A stretch of DNA of 32,000 bases, taken from the NCBI RefSeq assembly GCF_000621645.1, contig NZ_KK211323.1:62723-94722 (forward strand), given 5' to 3'. Position numbers and translations under genes: made by a program. The notes beneath the pieces were generated by a model. It was not told the DNA's origin, searched no databases, and saw only the letters and a list, made by a program, of their open reading frames with translations. Below, piece after piece: positions 24,918 to 32,000 of the stretch (position 1 is the stretch's first letter; every line of letters begins with the position of its first letter). The stretch comes from Vibrio cholerae ATCC 14035 (lineage in GTDB: Bacteria; Pseudomonadota; Gammaproteobacteria; Enterobacterales; Vibrionaceae).

Positions 24918-26489
24918 GTGAATATTCTTGGATATGCGCAAAAGTTAGGTAAAGCATTGATGCTACCTATCGCTACGCTACCTGTAGCGGCGCTCTTACT
25001 TCGTTTAGGTCAACCAGACCTGTTAGGCATTCCATTCATGGCTGCAGCGGGCGATGCAATTTTTAGCCAGCTGCCACTACTGTTTGGTTTGGGTATTGCC
25101 ATTGGTTTATCGAAAGATGGATCTGGCGCCGCAGGTCTAGCGGGTGCAGTAGCTTACTTTGTTCTGAGTGCAACGGCAAAAACGATTGATGCTTCAATCA
25201 ACATGTCTTTCTTTGGCGGTATCTTCGCAGGTATCATCGCAGGGCACTCTTACAACGCGTTCCACACTACACGTCTGCCAGAGTGGCTAGCATTCTTTGC
25301 TGGTAAGCGTTTAGTGCCAATTATGGCGGGTCTGTTCGCTCTGGTTGCTGGTGCGCTTTCTGGCGTTATCTGGCCATCAATTCAAGGTGGATTAGATGCG
25401 CTGGCGCATGCCGTCTCTACATCAGGTGCTTTAGGCCAATTTGTTTACGGTACTCTGAACCGTGCTCTGATCCCTGTAGGTTTACACCACGTTCTGAACT
25501 CTTACTTCTGGTTCGGCATGGGTACCTGTCAAGAGATCCTAGTTTCAGGTGCTCAAGCCGCTGGTCAAGCACTGCCTGCACTCGAAAAACTGTGTGTGGA
25601 TCCAGCTCTAGCGAAAACCCTAGTTGTGGGTCAAGAGCATACTTTTGCGTTCAAAAATGCGGTAACGCCTGAAATCACAGCTGTGGTAAAAGAAGTGACT
25701 GAAGTGGTTAAATCTGGCGACCTACACCGTTTCTTCGGCGGCGATAAGAGCGCTGGGGTATTCATGAACGGCTTCTTCCCTGTCATGATGTTCGGTCTAC
25801 CAGGTGCTGCACTTGCTATGTACCTAGCCGCTCCAGCTGAGCGTCGTCACCAAGTGGGTGGTGCACTGTTCTCTGTTGCGTTCTGTTCATTCCTAACAGG
25901 TATCACTGAGCCTCTAGAGTTCATGTTTGTGTTCCTAGCACCTGCGCTGTATGCAATGCATGCGGTATTTACAGGTCTGTCACTGGTTGTGGCTAACATG
26001 TTTGGCACACTGCATGGTTTCGGTTTCTCAGCAGGTCTTATCGACTTCCTGTTGAACTGGGGTCTAGCAACGAAACCTGCAACTCTGTTTGTGATTGGTC
26101 TGGCGTTCTTTGCTCTGTACTTCTTTACGTTCACATTCGCCATTCGTGCGTTCAACCTGAAATCTCCAGGTCGTGAAGACGAAGAAGTGGAAACAGAAAC
26201 AGACTCCGCTGATGCATCTAAAGGTGATTTGGCTCGCCAATACCTGAAAGCACTGGGTGGTCATGAAAACCTGACATCTATCGATGCGTGCATCACACGT
26301 CTACGTCTGACTCTGAAAGACCGCTCTGTTGCAGATGAAGCGGTACTGAAGAAACTGGGCGCGAAAGGTGTTGTGAAACTGGGTGAAAATAACCTGCAAG
26401 TTATCCTTGGCCCTCTAGCAGAAATCGTCGCGGGTGAGATGAAAGCCATCAGCCCGAAAGAAGATCTTTCTGACGTTAAACTGCCTTAA
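24918..26489 (+). CDS. nagE: PTS N-acetylglucosamine-specific EIICB component (no fused EIIA domain)
   Basis: GTG start with SD GGGGGA 7 nt upstream. MNILGYAQKLGKALMLPIATLPVAALLLRLGQPDLL compares with E. coli NagE MNILGFFQRLGRALQLPIAVLPVAALLLRFGQPDLL. The EIIC core is conserved (GFFPVMMFGLPGAALAMY, ITEPLEFMFVFLAP), and the EIIB motif IDACITRLRL has the phospho-Cys. The protein ends after EIIB at 523 aa, versus about 650 aa for the E. coli EIICBA. Confidence 0.92.
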   Translation: MNILGYAQKLGKALMLPIATLPVAALLLRLGQPDLLGIPFMAAAGDAIFSQLPLLFGLGIAIGLSKDGSGAAGLAGAVAYFVLSATAKTIDASINMSFFGGIFAGIIAGHSYNAFHTTRLPEWLAFFAGKRLVPIMAGLFALVAGALSGVIWPSIQGGLDALAHAVSTSGALGQFVYGTLNRALIPVGLHHVLNSYFWFGMGTCQEILVSGAQAAGQALPALEKLCVDPALAKTLVVGQEHTFAFKNAVTPEITAVVKEVTEVVKSGDLHRFFGGDKSAGVFMNGFFPVMMFGLPGAALAMYLAAPAERRHQVGGALFSVAFCSFLTGITEPLEFMFVFLAPALYAMHAVFTGLSLVVANMFGTLHGFGFSAGLIDFLLNWGLATKPATLFVIGLAFFALYFFTFTFAIRAFNLKSPGREDEEVETETDSADASKGDLARQYLKALGGHENLTSIDACITRLRLTLKDRSVADEAVLKKLGAKGVVKLGENNLQVILGPLAEIVAGEMKAISPKEDLSDVKLP

Positions 26490-26514
26490 TCGAGTTTAAA
26501 CCCTAGCCTGAATC

Positions 26515-26542
26515 AAAGCCTTCGCGAAAGCGAAGGCTTTTT
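26515..26542 (+). terminator. Rho-independent terminator of nagE
   Basis: Perfect 11-bp stem aaagccttcgc (26515-26525) pairs with gcgaaggcttt (26530-26540) around a gaaa tetraloop, followed by a T-run. Confidence 0.85.
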
Positions 26543-26736
26543 ACTTATTTCCCGTTTGAGAAGTGGCGATATAAGCATCGAACCGTAGAAATAATCACAA
26601 GAAATCCATAGTTTTTATTGTGCCCACCGCAAGAATTGTGGATGATTAGCGGCAATATTTTCTGTTTTCTAGCCTTGATGGTACAAGAAGCAGAAACGCT
26701 TTCTGACAATACTAAATGAATTTTGAGGTGCTATAG

Positions 26737-28407
26737 ATGAGTGAAGCTGAGGCTCGTCCATCGAACTTCATCCGCCAAATTATCGATAAAGATCTTGCGG
26801 ATGGTAAACACACGACCGTGCATACTCGTTTCCCGCCGGAGCCGAATGGCTACCTGCACATCGGTCACGCCAAGTCAATCTGTCTGAATTTCGGTATTGC
26901 TCAGGATTATCAAGGGCAGTGCAACCTGCGCTTTGATGATACAAACCCAGAAAAAGAGAACCTTGAATATGTTGAGTCGATCAAAAAAGATGTGACTTGG
27001 CTAGGTTTTGATTGGTCAGGTGAGGTGTGTTACTCCTCTGACTATTTTGACAAGTTGTATGAATACGCGATTGAGCTGATTCAAAAAGGCTTGGCGTATG
27101 TGGATGAACTGACGCCTGAGCAAATTCGTGAATACCGTGGCACTCTAACTGAGCCTGGTAAGCACAGCCCATACCGCGATCGTAGCGTAGAAGAAAACCT
27201 AGCGCTGTTTGAAAAAATGCGTGCGGGTGAATTTGCAGAAGGTCAAGCTTGTCTACGTGCAAAAATCGATATGGCATCGTCTTTTATCGTAATGCGTGAT
27301 CCTGTTTTGTACCGTGTGCGTTTTGCTGAACACCACCAAACGGGTGACAAGTGGTGCATCTATCCGATGTACGATTTCACACACTGTATTTCTGATGCGC
27401 TCGAAGGCATTACGCACTCTATTTGTACTTTGGAATTCCAAGACAACCGCCGTCTGTATGATTGGGTTCTTGATAACATCACGATTCCATGCCATCCACG
27501 CCAGTATGAATTCAGCCGCTTAAATCTCGAATATACCGTGATGTCTAAGCGTAAACTGAACCAGCTAGTGACCGAAAAATTGGTCACAGGTTGGGATGAT
27601 CCACGTATGCCGACCATTTCAGGCCTGCGTCGCCGTGGCTTCACGCCAAGCGCTATTCGTGAATTCTGTAAGCGCATTGGTGTGACTAAGCAAGAAAACA
27701 TGATTGAATACAGTGCATTAGAGTCTTGTATTCGTGATGATCTTAACGAAAATGCGCCACGTGCGATGGCCGTTCTGGATCCGGTTAAACTGGTGATTGA
27801 GAACTTCGCCGCAGGCACAGTGGAAACTTTGACGCTGGCTAACCATCCGAACAAACCTGAGATGGGCGATCGCGAAGTGCCATTTACCCGTGAGTTGTGG
27901 ATTGAACGCGAAGATTTCCGCGAAGAAGCCAACAAGAAATACAAGCGTTTGGTGTTAGGCAAAGAAGTGCGTCTGCGTGGTGCTTACGTCATCAAAGCTG
28001 AGCGCATCGAAAAAGATGAACAAGGTAATATCACCACAATCTTCTGTTCTTACGATCCTGAAACCTTGGGTAAAAACCCAGCCGATGGTCGTAAAGTGAA
28101 AGGTGTTATTCACTGGGTATCTGCAGAAAAAGGCGTTCCTGCTGAGTTTCGTCTCTACGAGCGTCTGTTCACTGTACCCAATCCAGGTGCGGCGGATAAC
28201 TTTGCCGAAACCATTAACCCAGAATCTCTGGTAAAAGTTCAAGGTTATGTTGAGCCAAGCTTAGTGGAAGCAAAACCTGAATTTGGTTATCAGTTTGAGC
28301 GTATGGGCTATTTCTGTGCCGATAACAAAGACTCTAGCCCGCAGGCTTTGGTCTTTAACCGCACTGTTGGTTTGCGCGATAGTTTCGTCAAAATTGACGA
28401 AGAGTAA
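26737..28407 (+). CDS. glnS: Glutaminyl-tRNA synthetase
   Basis: 556 aa. [38 protein letters not shown] carries the HIGH motif, VMSKRKL is the KMSKS variant, and the protein is collinear with E. coli GlnRS. Confidence 0.96.
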   Translation: MSEAEARPSNFIRQIIDKDLADGKHTTVHTRFPPEPNGYLHIGHAKSICLNFGIAQDYQGQCNLRFDDTNPEKENLEYVESIKKDVTWLGFDWSGEVCYSSDYFDKLYEYAIELIQKGLAYVDELTPEQIREYRGTLTEPGKHSPYRDRSVEENLALFEKMRAGEFAEGQACLRAKIDMASSFIVMRDPVLYRVRFAEHHQTGDKWCIYPMYDFTHCISDALEGITHSICTLEFQDNRRLYDWVLDNITIPCHPRQYEFSRLNLEYTVMSKRKLNQLVTEKLVTGWDDPRMPTISGLRRRGFTPSAIREFCKRIGVTKQENMIEYSALESCIRDDLNENAPRAMAVLDPVKLVIENFAAGTVETLTLANHPNKPEMGDREVPFTRELWIEREDFREEANKKYKRLVLGKEVRLRGAYVIKAERIEKDEQGNITTIFCSYDPETLGKNPADGRKVKGVIHWVSAEKGVPAEFRLYERLFTVPNPGAADNFAETINPESLVKVQGYVEPSLVEAKPEFGYQFERMGYFCADNKDSSPQALVFNRTVGLRDSFVKIDEE

Positions 28408-28430
28408 GCCGAAAAACGAGAGTAAAATGC

Positions 28431-28460
28431 AAAGCCAGCCAACGTGCTGGCTTTGTTTTT
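28431..28460 (+). terminator. Rho-independent terminator of glnS
   Basis: Stem aaagccagc (28431-28439) pairs with gctggcttt (28446-28454), with loop caacgt, followed by gttttt. Confidence 0.85.
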
Positions 28461-28634
28461 AGGCGTGGAGAAAGCGGTGTTGCCTCACGCTAGGACTGAA
28501 ATTTGTGTGAGATTCCTGCGATTATTCCGGTCGTGACACATTTTTTGCCAGTCAGTCTATAGTTTTGCTAGGTGGATCCGATATATTTAACCAATCTCCG
28601 TACTTCAAAATTCAAAGCACATACTGAGCCTTTT

Positions 28635-31600
28635 ATGCGTCGATTTTTCCAACGGCTCCTGCTGCCAGTGGCAGTAATGGTCGTGACTCAGACTTCTTTC
28701 GTCAGTGCAGAAAGCATTCGTCTTGTTGGCCCTGATGGCCAAGTACAACCTACGCCCCAATATAGTGAAAATATTGTTCGCAATTCGGCTAATAATGAAC
28801 CCGGTCGATTTTTCGGGCCGACCTCAGCCAACCAGACTTTGTGGTCGATAGCCAGCCAGTTACGGCCTTCTTCCAGCGTCACGGTGCAACAAACGTTATT
28901 GGCCATTTATCAGCTCAATCCTCAGGCGTTTGAAAATCAGAATATTCACACTCTGATCCCAGGTAGTACTCTACGTGTTCCGTCACTGGCACAAATCAGT
29001 CGCAATAGTACTCAAGACGCTGTCAACATCATGGCGTCTCACCAAGCAAAATTAAACCAAACACCCGATACGCCAGTGAGGCCTGTAGCTCCTCCACGTC
29101 CTGCTCCTGTTGCAACGCCAAAAGTAGAAGCGGTCGCGCAAACGCCACCTCAAGTCACCCCTACGACCGCGCCGCAAGAGAAAGCGCCTACTGAGCTCAA
29201 GACGCCCGCTAAACCCAGCCAATCAACAGATGCTGAAGTGATGGCTCTGGAAGAGAAGAATCACACCTTGCGCTTGATGCTTTCGCAAGTGCAATCGGAA
29301 GTCAGTACTCTCAAAGAAGAGCTGGGTGATGAGAACCGCATCCGCAGTGAAGTCGAGAGATTGTTGGAAGAAGAGCGCCGTAAAGCGGAAGAAGCTTCGC
29401 GTCTTGCGCCATCAGCTTTAGATAATTTGCTTTCTAATGGCTGGTTAGTGGCATTGTTAGCGCTAATCCCCGGTCTGCTTATTGCTATCGTGGTGCTTCT
29501 GCTGCTTAACCGCCGCTCAAGTGCTCAGCAAGAGAATCCAACGCAAAACAATATCACTTCTGAAATGCCAACCGCGGCGCCTGTCACTTTAGGTCCAGAA
29601 CAGACGGAAGATATTGGTGATGACCTGCTGTTGGATGATGACCTCTTCAGTACCACCGACGACAAAGAAGAAAATGACGCTGAAAAAGCGTTCTCGGATG
29701 AAGATGATGTCTTCGCCGATCTGAACGAAACCGATCTTGATTTCAATCTTGATGGACAGGACAGCGATGATCTGTTTGTAGGAATTGATGATGATGGCGA
29801 TCTCGATACCGAATTTGATGCTCTAAATGAAAGTGCCAACGGCATTTCTGTTAACGCTGATGATAAAGCGCTCGGACTTGAGGAGATGGAGCGCGCGCTA
29901 AATGATGTTAGTGAACCAACCGACAACGATGATCTGAATTCTTTTGACTTGGCTGATGAAAATCAAATGTCGGAGGATGACATCGAAGCGCTGTTATCCG
30001 GTGATGAAGAGAATGAGCTGCTTAGCGATGGCAAAGTGGATCAATCGCTGCTGGATGACTTACTCGCCAGTGAACTCGACGCATTAGATGATGAACCCGC
30101 GATCCAAGATACCGAAACCTTGGATACGCTACTCAATGATGAGCTGGCGTCGCTCAGTGAAGAGGATGATGACGAATTTGATCTCAGTGGTGCAGGCGTA
30201 GCGGGTGACCAAGATTTGGATGACCTGTTTGCCTCTATCGAAGAGCAAGCTGACCTTGAGCAACTTGAAGCCAAAGCGATAGATGAAACGGCATTACTTG
30301 ATGAAATACTCGCTGAACAAGATGCTCCTCTGAGCGAAGAGAGTACCGAGCTTTTAGATGAGTTGTTGGATGATTTTGATAAGCCAGAAAACGATGAGTT
30401 TGATGCCCAAACTGCGGATCTTCTTCAACCCGAAGAGCCCATTTTAGATTTAGAGGAAGATAGCACTCAGTTACTCAATGAGGTGTTGGGGGAACCCGTG
30501 CCCGAAGAGCTTGCCTCTGGGCTTGAAATTGACCAAAACAGCACTGAGCTTTTGGATGAATTACTGGATGATCTGGACTTGGATGATGAATCCATCGAAG
30601 CTACAGAATTCTCAGTGGCACCGGAAAAACTCAGTGTAGAAGATGGTACTGAGCTTTTTGATGAGTTGCTTGAAATTGAGCAGCATCCAGAGTCAGCAGA
30701 ATCACTCCCGGAGTTGGCAACCGAAGATGAGTTTAATAGCGATACCTTCATTGACGACTTACTCAACTCGGCACCCGCAAAAGATCCGTTACTTGAACCT
30801 GTACTCGATGAAAATGAAGCTTTCGCACAAGCGGATGATTTTGATTTCAATCCTGAAATTGAAGGTGGTCTGGAAGACGATTTATCGCAGCCAAGTGCGC
30901 TACCCGCCAATGAGTTTGGTACTCCTCAAGATGAGGATTGGGTATTTGATGAGGATGACTCCTCACCAACTTTAGAGGGTAATGCTGAGCTTGAGCTATC
31001 TTCGGCTGAGGATGATTTGCCAGAGCAGACTACCGCCACAAATGAAACGGCGGATGAATTACTGGCAGATTTGGCTGCGCAGCCGCAATCAAATACAGTG
31101 GATACGTCTGATGATGCGTTAGCCCCTGACGGGCTTTCTCAGTCTGTCGAGGAGCCTCTCACTCTTAACGATTTGGAGCTGCCAGAAGAGAATGATGAGC
31201 CTCAATTGGCTGAAGTCACTCCGTCTTCTGCATTCGACGAACAACAAGTTGAGACCGAAATTGAGCCTGAGTCGGAGCCGTTGGCTGCAGAAGCATCTAA
31301 TGATGAAAGTGACCTTACTGCGCTTAATGAACTCGATTTACCCGAGTACACCGAAGAAGATGTCTTGGCAGATGTGCAGTTAGAGCCCGCCGCAGAATCG
31401 GAAGTTGAGCCAGATCTTGAGTTAGTAAATGAGCCAGTCACGGAGGAAGCCTTTACCGAGCTTGATGAGCTCGATTTGCCTGAGTACACCGAAGAAGATG
31501 CCTTGGCGGATGCGCAGTTAGAGCCTGTCGCAGAATCGGAAGTTGAACCCGAGCTTGATCTGGCAAGTGAGCCAGCCGAGGAAGAAGCCTTTACCGAGCT

Positions 31601-32000
31601 TAATAAGCTCGATTTACCTGAGTACACCGAAGAAGATGCCTTGGCGGATGCACAGTTAGAGTCCGCCACAGAATCGGAAGTTGAGTCAGAGCTTGAGTTA
31701 GTAAGTGAGCCAGCTGCGGAAGAAGCCTTTACCGAGCTTGATGAGCTCGATTTACCTGAGTATACAGAAGAAGACGCCTTGGCGGATTCGCAGTTAGAGC
31801 CCGCCGCCGAATCGGAAGTTGAGCCAGAGCTTGAGTTAGTAAGTGAGCCAGTCACGGAGGAAGCCTTTACCGAGCTTGATGAACTCGATTTGCCTGAGTA
31901 CACCGAAGAAGATGCCTTGGCGGATGCGCAGTTAGAGCCTGCCGCAGAATCGGAAGTTGAGTCCGAGCTTGAGCTGGCAAGCGATCTCGAAGAGGAAGAA
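28635..32000 (+). CDS. hubP: Polar organiser HubP (FimV-family), N-terminal 1122 codons; the ORF continues past the window end
   Basis: I translated by hand from the ATG at 28635 to nt 32000 and found no stop. This is why the ORF is absent from the supplied track. Features are a signal peptide (MRRFFQRLLLPVAVMVVTQTSFVSA), a LysM domain (QTLWSIASQLRPSSSVTVQQTLLAIYQLNPQAFENQNIHTLIPGSTLRVPS), a Pro-rich linker, a coiled coil, a TM segment (GWLVALLALIPGLLIAIVVLLLL, about 29441-29510) and an extremely acidic region with 46-aa repeats. Its position after glnS matches V. cholerae hubP (from memory). Confidence 0.9.
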   Translation, partial: MRRFFQRLLLPVAVMVVTQTSFVSAESIRLVGPDGQVQPTPQYSENIVRNSANNEPGRFFGPTSANQTLWSIASQLRPSSSVTVQQTLLAIYQLNPQAFENQNIHTLIPGSTLRVPSLAQISRNSTQDAVNIMASHQAKLNQTPDTPVRPVAPPRPAPVATPKVEAVAQTPPQVTPTTAPQEKAPTELKTPAKPSQSTDAEVMALEEKNHTLRLMLSQVQSEVSTLKEELGDENRIRSEVERLLEEERRKAEEASRLAPSALDNLLSNGWLVALLALIPGLLIAIVVLLLLNRRSSAQQENPTQNNITSEMPTAAPVTLGPEQTEDIGDDLLLDDDLFSTTDDKEENDAEKAFSDEDDVFADLNETDLDFNLDGQDSDDLFVGIDDDGDLDTEFDALNESANGISVNADDKALGLEEMERALNDVSEPTDNDDLNSFDLADENQMSEDDIEALLSGDEENELLSDGKVDQSLLDDLLASELDALDDEPAIQDTETLDTLLNDELASLSEEDDDEFDLSGAGVAGDQDLDDLFASIEEQADLEQLEAKAIDETALLDEILAEQDAPLSEESTELLDELLDDFDKPENDEFDAQTADLLQPEEPILDLEEDSTQLLNEVLGEPVPEELASGLEIDQNSTELLDELLDDLDLDDESIEATEFSVAPEKLSVEDGTELFDELLEIEQHPESAESLPELATEDEFNSDTFIDDLLNSAPAKDPLLEPVLDENEAFAQADDFDFNPEIEGGLEDDLSQPSALPANEFGTPQDEDWVFDEDDSSPTLEGNAELELSSAEDDLPEQTTATNETADELLADLAAQPQSNTVDTSDDALAPDGLSQSVEEPLTLNDLELPEENDEPQLAEVTPSSAFDEQQVETEIEPESEPLAAEASNDESDLTALNELDLPEYTEEDVLADVQLEPAAESEVEPDLELVNEPVTEEAFTELDELDLPEYTEEDALADAQLEPVAESEVEPELDLASEPAEEEAFTELNKLDLPEYTEEDALADAQLESATESEVESELELVSEPAAEEAFTELDELDLPEYTEEDALADSQLEPAAESEVEPELELVSEPVTEEAFTELDELDLPEYTEEDALADAQLEPAAESEVESELELASDLEEEE
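31305..32000 (+). repeat. Tandem 138-bp (46-codon) in-frame repeats inside hubP, at least 5 units, truncated by the window end
   Basis: The anchor ctcgatttRccYgagtaYacMgaagaaga recurs at about 31333, 31471, 31609, 31747 and 31884, an exact 138-nt period. The unit is EEAFTELDELDLPEYTEEDALADAQLEPxAESEVEPELxLxSEPxx. A degenerate unit precedes it from about 31167. Confidence 0.9.

Noticed and set aside
27360-27962. 200-aa minus-strand ORF inside glnS. Also the antisense ORFs 23676-24071 (in nagA), 10841-11185 and 11279-11566 (in toxR), and 12897-13196 (in htpG).
   Set aside because: They lie entirely within strongly supported genes on the other strand. They are Arg/Ser/Leu-rich with shadow-frame composition, have no SD and show no recognisable domains.
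29525-31903. Four Ser-rich minus-strand ORFs (29525-29926, 30041-30274, 30467-30910, 31202-31903; up to 233 aa, SSSSSVKASS...), as a possible serine-rich repeat protein.
   Set aside because: They are antisense shadows of the hubP acidic region. Sense GAx/GAA/GAG/CTN codons read on the opposite strand give TCx/AGC-rich frames that lack stops. They are fragmented, have no SD or sensible starts, and mirror the 138-bp repeat. The plus-strand frame is uninterrupted for 1122 codons with clear LysM, TM and FimV-like features.

Overview
By recall of the protein sequences (no search was run), this window is core chromosome-1 DNA of Vibrio cholerae or a very close relative. From memory it covers roughly VC0971 to VC0998. 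I call 25 protein-coding genes. In order they are: the ligA 3' end, chiP (chitoporin), a lipoprotein, cueR, nfeD/ybbJ, qmcA, ybbN/cnoX, ybbO, yfcH, yfcE, an Rdx (SelW-like) protein, toxS, toxR, htpG, adk, hemH, a DtpA-like POT transporter, rfaH, asnB, a CPA2 antiporter with a KTN domain, nagC, nagA, nagE, glnS, and the first 1122 codons of hubP. hubP is missing from the ORF track only because it runs off the window end.

Gene order mostly follows E. coli synteny blocks (cueR-ybbJ-qmcA...ybbN-ybbO, htpG-adk-hemH, asnB...nagCA/nagE-glnS). I see no rRNA, tRNA, CRISPR array, transposase, integrase or phage genes. I also see no cluster of uncharacterised genes that would suggest a new multi-gene system, so I do not claim one.

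What the gene calls leave unexplained:
- A family of ERIC/IRU-type intergenic imperfect palindromes: three copies of about 110 bp, two arm-only copies of about 45-49 bp, and fragments.
- A nagE/nagA control region with two NagC-like operators 94 bp apart flanking a near-consensus CRP site.
- A roughly 53-aa insertion in an EIIA-less NagE.
- A CxxC Rdx-family gene immediately downstream of toxS with no intervening terminator.
- The hubP acidic region, which has tandem 138-bp (46-aa) repeats and a recurring TELLDELL-like motif.

Several ORF-track starts are N-terminally over-extended and are corrected in the feature list.
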